Below, in pieces: positions 30,451 to 41,700 of a stretch of 64,000 nucleotides of DNA. The notes under the pieces are model-generated. The model saw only the letters and a program-made list of their open reading frames with translations. It searched no databases and was not told the DNA's origin. The position numbers and the translations under genes were made by a program. Source of the DNA: Candidatus Cloacimonadales bacterium (GTDB lineage: Bacteria; Cloacimonadota; Cloacimonadia; Cloacimonadales; JAFGVF01); the NCBI GenBank assembly GCA_963667035.1, contig OY762964.1, forward strand, positions 640,001 to 704,000, read 5' to 3'. Numbering within the stretch: position 1 is the first letter of the stretch; each line of letters begins with the position of its first letter.

Positions 30451-32871
30451 ATGAACAGGCTATTTTTGTTAATGATACTATGTATATGTATTACTTTAGT
30501 TCATTCAATAATAAGAGAAGTATCTGTTGACGGAACTCAACAATATACTTCCATCCCATTGGCAATATCCGAATCAGTAGATGGCGATACAGTTCTCGTT
30601 CATCCTGGAAGATATACGCAACATATTGATGTTATGGAGAGGGAGATAACTCTTCTTAGCATGTATTATTATTCTCAGAATAGGGACGATATTCACAATA
30701 CAATCATAGATGCTAATTTTGAATCCAATTGTCTCAGAGTAGAGAATCAAGGTATTGCTACTGTAAATGGTTTTACTTTCACAAATGGAGTAGGATTTCG
30801 TCGTTCAACAGATAAATCATTCGGAGGTGGAATTTTATTAAATGATGACAGTGAGCTAAACTTATTCAACAGTATTGTTATAAACAATGAGTCAGATACC
30901 GGAGGTGGAATTCTCAGTGATGGCCATAGCACACTTAGATTGTATGGTAATGTTATCAAGAACAACCGAACAAGAAATCAAGCCGGTGGAGTAAGTTCTT
31001 ATATTTCAAATATATACTTTGATCAAAATAACTTAAATAGTATATATGATAATATTGGACAAGTACATGATATTTTTCTTTATACTTCAACTTGTGAACA
31101 AGTCTTATTAGATACACTCAGCGTTGATTTATCAGAGTGTGACGGTTGTTTTGTATCTTACTATTCTGCTAACGAGGAGCTCTATCCTGAGCCTTCAATC
31201 AGTAATATACATAGTGTGTTAGAACAGGTTGATTCCGATATATATGTGTCTCCTTGGGGAGATGACTCTAATAGCGGTTTAACACCCGAAACTCCTATGA
31301 AGACAATTGCATATGCAACAAGAAGAATACAATCTAACATCACTAATCCTAACACGGTATATCTTCTTCCCGGTACTTATAGTATTGAAACAAACAATCA
31401 GTTCTTTCCGGTAGCCTTACAATCAAACACAAACCTACTCGGATTGGGGAATTCATCGGATGAAGTCAATATCGGAGAAGAATGGGGATGTAACACTATT
31501 ATAATAAGTTATGCAAACAATACTGAGATAGGATACTTCACTATGAGAAAGAGTAACTTACATGGTCATGATGTTTTGTCAATTGGGTTTAGTCAGAATA
31601 TAAACATTCATGATATAAATTTTGTTGAGTCAATAACTACTCATCCAGGCATTGGAATTAGTCATTCATATTCAATTAATGTTAGCAACTGCACTTTTTC
31701 AAACCTCACAAACACTGAATACTTACAAAGTCTATTCACTTATATAAGTGAAGTAACCCTTAACAATCTAATCTTTACCAATATTAGCAGTACAGCTTAT
31801 TACGGTCTTGTATCGGTAATGGATTTTGATGACAGTATTGTTAATGCAAACAATATTATCGTAACCGATTGCTATCAAGAAGAGTCTGGTGTTATGATGC
31901 AATACTCAAATATCGAATGTGACTCTCCCGGTGGAGGATTAAATCTCAATAACTTCCTGTTTTATAATAACACTTCTACTTGCAATAGACAACCATTAAT
32001 AATAATAGTTAACTTTTATGAACCAAGTTTCATAAACAATGCAACAATTGCAAACAATATAGGTCCGACAAGTGTACTAAGATTCTTAGGTGATTACACA
32101 GTTAGAAACAGCATAATGTATAATCCTAGTGCTCCCGGTGAAATACGTGTTTGGGATGGTTTTACCAGTGATGACGAATCTTTTTATTCAGATATTGATA
32201 TTGATTATTGCTTAATCCGCAATGGCTTTGATGGAATTGGAGGAATCAATAATCCTCATAATGTATTAGATTGGGGAGAAAACAATTTGGATACAGATCC
32301 GCTCTTCCGTGGTGATGTATATGGTGATTGTGAGCTTGAAGATATCGAATGGGTGCAACTGACTCCTGATTCTCCATGTATAAATGCCGGAACTCCCGAT
32401 ACTTTAGGAATGGGACTACCTGCATTTGATGTAATAGGCAATCCTCGTGTATGGGATGGAATCGTAGATATAGGAGCATTTGAATATAATCCCACACCTA
32501 ATGATGAACATGTTCTTCCAACTCCTCCATCCTCAATAACGCTTACACATTATCCTAATCCGGTTAACATATCAAAGAACGGATGTGCTTTCATTGACTT
32601 TACACTTCCTAAGAGACCTGTAGAAAAACCTAAGTTAGAAATCTACAATATAAGAGGTCAAAAGGTTAGGGACATAACAATAACTCAAAGTCTATCAGAA
32701 CTTGTGCGTGCAACAGGCTTATCTAAAGAAGAGAATCAATCAGGAGAGAAGTACTCATTAATATGGGATGGCAAAGACAATTCAAGAAAGAAAGTCTCTT
32801 CCGGAATATACTTCTATAAAGTTAGTTCTGAAGGTAAAAGTGTTGTTAACAAGATGATGGTTGTAAAGTGA
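30451..32871 (+). CDS. Secreted DUF1565-like beta-helix protein, tandem copy 2
   Basis: Same length (806 aa) and near-identical to 28008-30428. Confidence 0.85.
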   Translation: MNRLFLLMILCICITLVHSIIREVSVDGTQQYTSIPLAISESVDGDTVLVHPGRYTQHIDVMEREITLLSMYYYSQNRDDIHNTIIDANFESNCLRVENQGIATVNGFTFTNGVGFRRSTDKSFGGGILLNDDSELNLFNSIVINNESDTGGGILSDGHSTLRLYGNVIKNNRTRNQAGGVSSYISNIYFDQNNLNSIYDNIGQVHDIFLYTSTCEQVLLDTLSVDLSECDGCFVSYYSANEELYPEPSISNIHSVLEQVDSDIYVSPWGDDSNSGLTPETPMKTIAYATRRIQSNITNPNTVYLLPGTYSIETNNQFFPVALQSNTNLLGLGNSSDEVNIGEEWGCNTIIISYANNTEIGYFTMRKSNLHGHDVLSIGFSQNINIHDINFVESITTHPGIGISHSYSINVSNCTFSNLTNTEYLQSLFTYISEVTLNNLIFTNISSTAYYGLVSVMDFDDSIVNANNIIVTDCYQEESGVMMQYSNIECDSPGGGLNLNNFLFYNNTSTCNRQPLIIIVNFYEPSFINNATIANNIGPTSVLRFLGDYTVRNSIMYNPSAPGEIRVWDGFTSDDESFYSDIDIDYCLIRNGFDGIGGINNPHNVLDWGENNLDTDPLFRGDVYGDCELEDIEWVQLTPDSPCINAGTPDTLGMGLPAFDVIGNPRVWDGIVDIGAFEYNPTPNDEHVLPTPPSSITLTHYPNPVNISKNGCAFIDFTLPKRPVEKPKLEIYNIRGQKVRDITITQSLSELVRATGLSKEENQSGEKYSLIWDGKDNSRKKVSSGIYFYKVSSEGKSVVNKMMVVK

Positions 32872-33048
32872 CCCTACTTTAATATTCATTATTATTCAAG
32901 TAGTTAGGAAGATCAATGTTGTACTTATATATTAGCTGATACTTTCCCATGAAGTCTATAAAAGCTATGTTAAAGGTAAGAATATAGCACTTTCCTATTG
33001 ACATGTACTATTGAAAACTTATATTAAATCAATAGTTTAGGAGGGTTT

Positions 33049-33801
33049 ATGTGTAGTTTTAACGAGCATTACAAGAATTATCTTGGCATTGACGAGAAAG
33101 AGTTTACAATAGGGAAGAGGATATTTCATAAAGTCATTCATAATTGGTCATATCCGGGTTACTTCTATTACAATATGATTATCACAAATTACCACTCGGA
33201 AAGAGTTATGTCTATTCATCCGGAATATGCTGAGATGTTTAGCGATAAAGAGTTAAGCAACTTGCTAAGTCTTGAAGATAACGAGGCAATAGAGTTTTTA
33301 AAGAGTAAGTTTCCTAATCTTTCTAAAGGTGCTTTTATTAGCCGTATGTTACGATACAGTGTTACCCCGGAAGAGTTAAAAAGAGATGTTACTAAAGCTG
33401 CAGTACTGTTTACAAATGAATACAAAAGCCAATTCTATGCCAGATTTAAGAACGTGAGTAAAGAAATTGTCGATTATCACTGGCAGGAAGCCATTCCGTT
33501 GTTTGAAAAGAAAAGGTCATTTATCTGCTGTTCCGAAGATGAGTATTTCTCGATGAGCAATATAACTAATGTTATTGATAACGGTGGTAACATTGGTGTA
33601 GGAACCAATTCCAAGTATAGAAAACAAGGATATGGGAAAGCTACAGTAATCAAAGCAGTAGATTGGTGCTTTGATAATTCAATTGTCCCAATTTATCTAG
33701 TGGATGCACGTAATACTCCTTCCATTAAGTTAGCTGAATCGTTAGGGATGACAAAGAGATCAGAAGAAGTTGTAGTTTGTTCAGAAAGATTGTTTGAATA
33801 G
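33049..33801 (+). CDS. GNAT-family acetyltransferase
   Basis: IGVGTNSKYRKQGYGK; NTPSIKLAESLG. Confidence 0.85.
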   Translation: MCSFNEHYKNYLGIDEKEFTIGKRIFHKVIHNWSYPGYFYYNMIITNYHSERVMSIHPEYAEMFSDKELSNLLSLEDNEAIEFLKSKFPNLSKGAFISRMLRYSVTPEELKRDVTKAAVLFTNEYKSQFYARFKNVSKEIVDYHWQEAIPLFEKKRSFICCSEDEYFSMSNITNVIDNGGNIGVGTNSKYRKQGYGKATVIKAVDWCFDNSIVPIYLVDARNTPSIKLAESLGMTKRSEEVVVCSERLFE

Positions 33802-33831
33802 ATGAATTGAATTAGAAGCTGTCGATAATAG

Positions 33832-33854
33832 AAAAGCCCGATTGAATCGGGCTT
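33832..33854. terminator. Terminator hairpin between convergent genes
   Basis: AAGCCCGATT-g-AATCGGGCTT. Confidence 0.7.
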
Positions 33855-33883
33855 AATTATAATGCATTACTAATGCTGTTTAC

Positions 33884-36800
33884 TTATTTAATTAATACCA
33901 TCTTCTTTGATTTTGTGTATGTCCCTGATTTAAATTTGTAGAAATAGATACCGGAAGAGACTTTCTTATCGTTATTGTCTGTCCCATCCCATGAAACCGT
34001 ATGCTCTCCATCGGGTTTTATTTCATTTAGAAGAGTTTTTACATGTTGCCCCAGAACATTATAGATTTCAACTTGAACTCTTTGTTGCTTACTCAAATGA
34101 AATCTGATACTTGTTGTTGGATTGAAAGGATTAGGATAACATCCTATGAGTTCTGGGTGACTACTTACAGAAACATACTCATCATTACTGACTACTCTCT
34201 GATCGAAAGTACAATCATCAATAGCAAGAGCAGTTGCATCTTCAGATATACAATTTATAGCTACTCTTACACGCTGGCCAATATAATCGGTTAGCGAGAA
34301 AGCATATTCTGTCCACTCTGTAGGAGGTTCAAAATAATCACCTGTTGAAAGAGGTTGAAAATCTTCCGGATTGGTTGAACCTTCTGAGATAAGAACTCTA
34401 ATTTTCTCCAAACCATAGTTGTCGTTAACTGTCTTTGCGAAGAAACTAAATGCGGAATTCTCAATAACATCATAGTTAGGAGATATTAACCAATCGTTAT
34501 TTGTTTGACCATTACTTGAGTTAGCAGAGAAAGCAACCATCTCGTTTGTTCCACTGTGCGCATTCCAGTTTCCTGAGAGTGGCGGAACTGTTGCTGTTGG
34601 ATCAAATATCATGAATGAACATAATGTTCCGTTGCCAGGAAAGTTGACATTAACTGGATACGTAGTAGTTAGATCCATATCTACACTGTGCCAAGGATAC
34701 AAGTCCTGAGTGAAATCAGAATAGTTTTCAAAGTTATCAGTCCATGGAGTAGGACTAAGATTGAAGTCTATGTTTACAGTTTCAGTGTTCGATGGCTCTG
34801 ATTCTCCTTCTGAATAAACAGCAGTGACATGGTAATCAGAAACACTTTCTTCCGGCTCAATTTCTAAGTAGTATGTTTGTTCCCAATCAGCAATATGAGA
34901 TAACAAAGAATTGTCTTTATATAGATTATAGCCTTCAGGAATATAGGATCTGGAATATGTGGCATCGGTTAGCACTAACTCTATTATCCAATCTCCATTC
35001 CAACCTAATTGCTCTTCGGCCGAAAACCATAGATTGTTAACTTTAATCAAATCACTAAATCCCGGTTCACTTGTTGAACGATCACAACCGAAAGCAGAAT
35101 TATTCCCCGAATCTGCTTCAATAGCAATTATTAAGTTGTTATTTGGATTTGGTATGAAGGGATTATCAAGAGGAACTTCAGTAAGTCCATGAGGATTTAT
35201 CTCATTAATTACTTGTGAGAGTGTAAGAGAATTATCAGATTCGTTATAGATTTTTAATGTATAGGTGGCATTATCATCACCGGCAAGAAATCTTACTCTG
35301 TGAAGATATAGTCCTTGATATTCATTTAAAACAGAACTATCGTACTTATAGGCAACTTCCAGAGGACTAGTATCTTCGGAAGTATAGTATTGATTAAGGT
35401 TAAGATTTGAATATGATAGCTCTACGTAATCACTTCCTAGTATATCAGGAATATTCCATTCCAGTTTTACATTATTATCGTCTGTCATGTATCCTTCTAA
35501 ATTTAATGGTCTTATCAATGGGTTGTATCCCGGACCATTCCAAAAAGTGAATGAGATATTATTACCTGATTCTGAGATATTTTCAATTGGTCTATCTGTA
35601 GCAATATTGTTCCAAGTTAACGATGAGGGATTTGTAGTGTCCGTAAAACTATTATGTGTACCATCAGGGAAAGGAGTTCCGCTGGAGTTTAAATTTCCGT
35701 TGGCAGACTCAATTTGAAGTCCTTTTCTTTGAGAATTATTAACATCATTAGATGATAAATGTGAAAGAATATAAGATTCATCAACATGGTAAACAAGTAA
35801 ACCATGACCTGGAATGGAACTGTTATATCCCAATTGCTGTCGATTTTCTAAAAAGAACCATTCATTGTTACCCGGGGTTTCTATAGCGTATGCTACATCA
35901 TTAGAATTGGAGTTAGATAGAGTATAGTTTCCGGGTAACTCAAGAATTTCTCTTGTCATCCATCCAAGATAATATTTACTCCAAGGATTATGATGAGCCG
36001 GATTATAGGAATTGTTGTTCCAAGATCCTGATGACATTAGATCCCAATCTCCTACGCAATCAACATCATCTCCTGATGCAGTGTTGTAATAATCCGGTAA
36101 TCCTAGAAGATGACCAAACTCATGGGCACTAACCCCAACACCTGCTTGCATACCCCAAGATCCTGATTCTCCTACTACTGCATAACTTGTGATTGTTACT
36201 CCATCAGCTGAAATTGAAGTGGAGAGATTAGATTGGTGAGACCAAATGTCATTTGAATCACCGGAAGTCTCTTGACCTTGACCAGCATGAATGATAATTA
36301 CCCCTTCAACTATCCCATTACCATCATTATCATAATCTGCGAAATTCACATAGGGATTAGCAGCTTGTATTGCTTGTGAAGCAAAAGTTCTCCACTGAGC
36401 TTGCTGACCATATGAATCGTGAGTACCACTGACAGTAACTGGCTGACAGACAGTTCCGGTAGGGCTAAAGTTATTGTAAGAAACTTCTTCATAATAAGAT
36501 TTAAAGCAACCGGTATAATTTGAAGGATTGTTCATTATGTTGTTAAAGGAGGATGTAGAGTAAGACATGCTTTGGTCAGAAAACTGTGCAGGAATAACTA
36601 AAACATTTGCATTCCCGATTGCCGGAAAGCTTCCTAATCTAATATTTCTAGATGACTCTCTATAAGATTCAATTTGTCTGCTACTAAATTTAAGATGTTT
36701 AGGAATTTGATTAATAAATCTTGTTTCATCCGATTGGCGGTTTCCGATTGGAGATGCTTTTTGGTTAGATTGAACCAAGTCTCCACTATCGTTCAATATA

Positions 36801-37003
36801 GCATACATTTTCCAACCGTTTTTATCAAGAAGCGTATAACCGTCTTTCGTTTCAGACCAGTGAATCCACTCGTCTCCGAATTGGCGGATATTGATTATAC
36901 TACCGTCCGGTTGAGTGTAATCAAAATATGTTCTAGGAGCAGGAACTGCAATGATAGCAGTAACAGTTAGTAATAAAAAAAACAATAATATAGTTTTGTG
37001 CAT
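33884..37003 (-). CDS. M6 (immune inhibitor A) metalloprotease with adhesin-like and FlgD-Ig/T9SS-type domains
   Basis: QPDG..GDEW propeptide, HEFGHLLGLPDYY, WDLMSSGSW, NDWLISP, YPNPFNP. Confidence 0.9.
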   Translation of the reverse strand: MHKTILLFFLLLTVTAIIAVPAPRTYFDYTQPDGSIINIRQFGDEWIHWSETKDGYTLLDKNGWKMYAILNDSGDLVQSNQKASPIGNRQSDETRFINQIPKHLKFSSRQIESYRESSRNIRLGSFPAIGNANVLVIPAQFSDQSMSYSTSSFNNIMNNPSNYTGCFKSYYEEVSYNNFSPTGTVCQPVTVSGTHDSYGQQAQWRTFASQAIQAANPYVNFADYDNDGNGIVEGVIIIHAGQGQETSGDSNDIWSHQSNLSTSISADGVTITSYAVVGESGSWGMQAGVGVSAHEFGHLLGLPDYYNTASGDDVDCVGDWDLMSSGSWNNNSYNPAHHNPWSKYYLGWMTREILELPGNYTLSNSNSNDVAYAIETPGNNEWFFLENRQQLGYNSSIPGHGLLVYHVDESYILSHLSSNDVNNSQRKGLQIESANGNLNSSGTPFPDGTHNSFTDTTNPSSLTWNNIATDRPIENISESGNNISFTFWNGPGYNPLIRPLNLEGYMTDDNNVKLEWNIPDILGSDYVELSYSNLNLNQYYTSEDTSPLEVAYKYDSSVLNEYQGLYLHRVRFLAGDDNATYTLKIYNESDNSLTLSQVINEINPHGLTEVPLDNPFIPNPNNNLIIAIEADSGNNSAFGCDRSTSEPGFSDLIKVNNLWFSAEEQLGWNGDWIIELVLTDATYSRSYIPEGYNLYKDNSLLSHIADWEQTYYLEIEPEESVSDYHVTAVYSEGESEPSNTETVNIDFNLSPTPWTDNFENYSDFTQDLYPWHSVDMDLTTTYPVNVNFPGNGTLCSFMIFDPTATVPPLSGNWNAHSGTNEMVAFSANSSNGQTNNDWLISPNYDVIENSAFSFFAKTVNDNYGLEKIRVLISEGSTNPEDFQPLSTGDYFEPPTEWTEYAFSLTDYIGQRVRVAINCISEDATALAIDDCTFDQRVVSNDEYVSVSSHPELIGCYPNPFNPTTSIRFHLSKQQRVQVEIYNVLGQHVKTLLNEIKPDGEHTVSWDGTDNNDKKVSSGIYFYKFKSGTYTKSKKMVLIK

Positions 37004-37145
37004 TCATACCTCCAGGATACCTGATTAAGTAAGAATTGTGTGAATTAGTTGCTAGTCAATTAAATTTTAATGAATATAGAGTATATTCATATCAAAAAAG
37101 GCTATCCTTTGGATAACCTTCTTCAATATCAATTTAGTTTAAATA

Positions 37146-38708
37146 TTAATCTTCCCATATCCTGAATCTTTGGTCAGGATAGATTAAATTAGGATTACTA
37201 ATCTTTTCTTTATTCAATTCATAGATTCGTTTCCACATAAGAGGATTATCATAAATATCTTTTCTCTTTGCTATATCCCAAAGAGTGTCTCCTTTCTTAA
37301 CCTGATAGAGACCATTAAAGAGTCTTCTTATAGTCAGAACTTGATTAGGATAAATCAAATCAGGATTACTAATCTTATCACGGTTCAACTCATAAATCTG
37401 TTTCCATCTGTGTGGGTTGTTATAAGTTTGAGGTAAAGAAGCAATCTTCCAGAGTGAGTCGCCAGGTTTAACTACATAAGTGTCTACCAATGCAATCTTC
37501 TCTTCAGGTTCTTTTTCAATAACTGTTTCTTCAATTGATTCCTCAACAGGAGGTTCAGTTGCTTCAACAACTATGACAGTGTCAGCTTTAACAGTATCTT
37601 CATCCGTAATCCACTTAGGGATTTCGTAGTTAAAGACAATTTTCTTAGTTATTGGTTCGCCATTTACCGCTCTCGTTGAGATATCGAATACGTTCTTACC
37701 CTCTTTAAGTTTTAGAGGAATTGTGAAGTCTTTTTTGCTGTACTCGTTCAACTTACCTGCAAGTAGTTTAGTCTCTTCATTCAGATTTGCTTTTATAAAG
37801 TAAAGCCTTTCTGCATCTTCAACACCGAAATCCACTTCCACTGAGTCGATTTCAGAATCAACCACTTCTACACCTTCGAATTCGTTATAGACAGCTATTA
37901 CGGGATATTCTTTCACTAATTCGTAAGTTACTTGCACTCCATAGTTTGTCCCAACAAGATCCTCTTCAAGGAAATAGTCATATTTAACATCGAAGGTTAG
38001 ATAGTTAAAGGTATGGAATGAAGGCATTACTGATACTTTCTCTTGAGATACTGAAGTTTTAACTTTAAACCATGGGGCAGGGAAAGCAAACGTGAAATCC
38101 AAACCAATATAATGTTCATTATCTTCTAGGTGATATGTTGCACCTAGCTCAAAATTCTTATTAATATCCCACTTGATGAATGAATCAATCATGAATGGTA
38201 GTTTGTCTTCTCCCGAATTCATGGAAACATCTGGTTGATTCAAGTAATATCCAACACCACCGAATTCGAGCTTATCTTTAATAATAGCAGAGTGAAAACT
38301 AGCTCCTACAGTAGGTTTGAAGATACTCTCATCAGCAATAGTTTCCTCTTCGTTGAAAATTAATCCGGAAGTATCATAAGCACGATTAACAAATCCACCG
38401 GTTAAAGCAAAAGCAAATCTTTTTCTGAAATTGAAACCAATTGATAAGTTCCCGAAAGTCTCTCTGTAGACATCATCCATCTTATTTACTGCATCCAGTT
38501 CTAAACCGAAGTTACCATAAATCTGTGGTTTTGCAATCATTACACCAAAGTTATCGAATCCATCCTCAAATTCCTGATATTCTTTGTTGTAATATGTTGA
38601 GAATTTAAAGTATTTTCCAAACATCTCCTGAGCTGGGATGTAGTTATCAAAAGCAAAGGCAACATAGGAAGTAGCTATCAGAATCATTATTAATACTATC
38701 TTTTTCAT
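37146..38708 (-). CDS. PorP/SprF-like beta-barrel fused to two LysM domains
   Basis: Signal peptide, barrel-like strands with LNQPDVS..KLP, then YVVKPGDSLWKIA and YQVKKGDTLWDIA LysM repeats. Confidence 0.72.
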   Translation of the reverse strand: MKKIVLIMILIATSYVAFAFDNYIPAQEMFGKYFKFSTYYNKEYQEFEDGFDNFGVMIAKPQIYGNFGLELDAVNKMDDVYRETFGNLSIGFNFRKRFAFALTGGFVNRAYDTSGLIFNEEETIADESIFKPTVGASFHSAIIKDKLEFGGVGYYLNQPDVSMNSGEDKLPFMIDSFIKWDINKNFELGATYHLEDNEHYIGLDFTFAFPAPWFKVKTSVSQEKVSVMPSFHTFNYLTFDVKYDYFLEEDLVGTNYGVQVTYELVKEYPVIAVYNEFEGVEVVDSEIDSVEVDFGVEDAERLYFIKANLNEETKLLAGKLNEYSKKDFTIPLKLKEGKNVFDISTRAVNGEPITKKIVFNYEIPKWITDEDTVKADTVIVVEATEPPVEESIEETVIEKEPEEKIALVDTYVVKPGDSLWKIASLPQTYNNPHRWKQIYELNRDKISNPDLIYPNQVLTIRRLFNGLYQVKKGDTLWDIAKRKDIYDNPLMWKRIYELNKEKISNPNLIYPDQRFRIWED

Positions 38709-38717
38709 TCTATCCTC

Positions 38718-41700
38718 CTATTTCACCAAATAGATTTTGCCACGTTTATACGTTTTACCCGCTCGCTCGATAACGAATAGGTATGGTCCGCTTTTACACT
38801 TATCTCCTGAATCATTCTTACCGTCCCATTGAAGAGGTTGAGAAGATTGCCCTTCTACGGAATATATCTTACGACCATTCAGATTGTATACTGTCATTTT
38901 TACTCTCTCTATGCTATCTGAGATAACCTTAAATTTGAAAACGTCATTCTTACTGTCTCCATTTGGAGTGAAGGCATTAGGCTCTGATTGTTGAGATATA
39001 CCTCTAACCTCAATTGCAATATCAGGATTAACACTGCTATTTGAGCTGATTTCAATATCCCCTACATAACTCTTATCATCTGTAGGTACGAATCTTATCT
39101 GAAGTATAACAGATAAATCAGTATCAACAACTATGTTTTCTATCGATGTTTTCCAATCAGTCTCATCGGACATCTTAATTTCATATCCTTGTGGAGATTT
39201 GATTGAATTAATTTCTAAGGCTTTATTACCATTATTAGATATATCAATATCAAATGGCATTGATTTGTCATTAGTGTAGATTAAACCAAAATCATGTGTG
39301 TTTGCACTGAGGACAATAAGAGCATCCAGTTGCTTAACTATAGCTCTTACCATGGAGTTTCCTGTTAACAAAGCACCCCAAGTATCTTGAGCTTTTCTAA
39401 AAGTGTTACCGTTAGTATCTTTATCAAGACCGATTCCCCATGGATCGGGAGTACCAATGACTCTTACAAAGAAGTTAGAACCAGTGAACGATGGATTAAC
39501 ATCTTCCGGTAAACTGAGAAAATTCCACCCAAGATTAACATCAGATGCCTGATAAGTAACAGATATTCCACTGACTTCATTGTCGGGTAGATCTCCTTCA
39601 TCGGAGAACTCAATTGTCAAGTCATCAGTTGAAACTTCTGTTATGTAAAGAGCTACTTTAGTTAGTTCAAATTCTGATCTATGATGCAGCTCATAGCTTA
39701 CTCCAAGTTGGGTGTTTGCCTCGACAGAAAGATTCCCTTCTAATGTTCCGTCATCGTTTGCTATAGTTGTTTCTCCTTCGTCCAGAATATGTGTCGTAAC
39801 TATCTCGGAAGGATTTGTTTCTCCTTGCCAAATATCAGCATCTATTACTGCCGTAACTCTATAATAGATAGTTTGGTTTTTATCATTAACTTCATATTGA
39901 TATATTAGTTCCTCGCTATTTAAGTTCGCTAATGATACATATACTCCATCATAAGTATTGGAAGAATACAATTTGTAACCTGTGACCCAAGCTGTTGTGG
40001 GAGGTTCTGACCATTGAATACTTACCAAGCCAGTAGATAAAGGTGAGACTTTTATGTTTTCAGGCCCATAAGCATCATTAATAACTCTAACTGTAAATAC
40101 TTGACTGTCAGTACCTGCAACATTGCTTCCCTTAACCGTTACTTCATGTGAACCGTACTGATCAAATGATGGTGTCCAAGAAATTAAGCCCGAAGCGTTT
40201 ATTGTCATTCCATCAGGAGCATTTTCTAAAGTGAAATCTATATTCGGGTATGCAGTATATATAACTTGATATTGGAAACTATCGATGATACTGTTTTGAA
40301 TAAACTGATTATCAATCTCTTCAATTATCGGGATATCAGATACATTTAAGACCGTAACTTCAAATGATTCGTTTACTTCATTATTAAATTCATCTTTCGC
40401 TGACACAGTAATTATGTCCGTTCCATACCAATCAAGCAGAGGCTCAATAACAAGAGTTGAACCTACAAGAGATAATGAGATGTTGTCAGGGTCATTGTGA
40501 GTAAACTCTAATATATCTCCATAAGGAATGTCAACATCATTAAAATGAATAGCTAAATCTATATGTGAATCTATAGTGTTCTCATCCATTGAAAAATCAT
40601 CAATCTCAGTAACAAGAATAGGATTATCATTTATCGGATTAATAGTTATCAAGACATCCAACGATACAGCTAGTCTCTTAGATAGAGATGAACTACGGAC
40701 AGATGAATTCTCATCATTGGCTGAGATAGTAAGCGTATCTAATCCACATGCATTGATAACAGGAGTTATTGTGAGTACATTACCTTCTATTACAGCACCG
40801 ATAATTGGTATTTCATCATTCATAGATAATGTAAATGAAAGGCTATCTCCAATATCATCATCTCTAAAGTAATCCAGTAGATTGTATGTCAATGGCTCAA
40901 CAAAGTCTTCATCTACAACAATAGGAGTGAATGTATTATAGATATATGGGGCATCGTTCACATTCTCAACTGTTATCTGGAATGATTGTATAATCTGTAC
41001 ATCAACAATCCTGTCAGTTGCCATTATAGCCACATCCCATGTTCCAACATACTCGTTTGTAGGAGTACCTGAAAGTGTCGCTAGACCGTTACCTGTATTT
41101 GTAAAGGATAGCCATTCAGGAATATTATAACTAAACAAGATTGTATTCCATGCATTTTGATCAGTTACTACGATATTATAGATATATTCATTATCTTCTT
41201 GAACCTCTAAAATCGGCTCTGAATCAAACACAGGCAGATAGTTTTCTTCCCAAACGGTAATATTAACATCCTGATATATTGACTCGAAACCATCAGATGC
41301 TTGTAATGTAAAACCATAAACCCCATAGTCTGCACTTTGAGGGGTTCCTTCAAACAAAGCGGTTCTATCTGTATTGGGAGTAAATGTAAGCCAATCAGGA
41401 AGTACACCGATAATATTAAAAGTGATTATATCAGATTCATCATAATCTGTTACAATTGTTTCATAAGAATAAAGTTCTCCCACATTCGCTAAAGTGTCTA
41501 CTTCTGAGCTGAAGATAGGTTCGTCGTTAACCGGATTAACGGTTACGATGAAAGAATCTGTAGCAAGAGTAGGGGATAGTTGATCTGAGGCAGATACGTG
41601 AATCACAGTATTACCAAACCAGTTACTGACAGAATTTAACACTAGTTGATCCCCATCAACACTTGTGGATATTTCGTCAGATTGAGATGAAACACTATAA

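Larger units (their letters stand above)
27989..32871 (+). repeat. Tandem gene duplication, 2443-bp period
   Basis: Unit starts CTGATAATAAGTAGGTTTTATG at 27989 and 30432. Confidence 0.92.

Noticed and set aside
28008..32871. Diversity-generating retroelement TR/VR pair
   Set aside because: Whole-gene duplication, differences not restricted to adenines, and no reverse transcriptase in the window.
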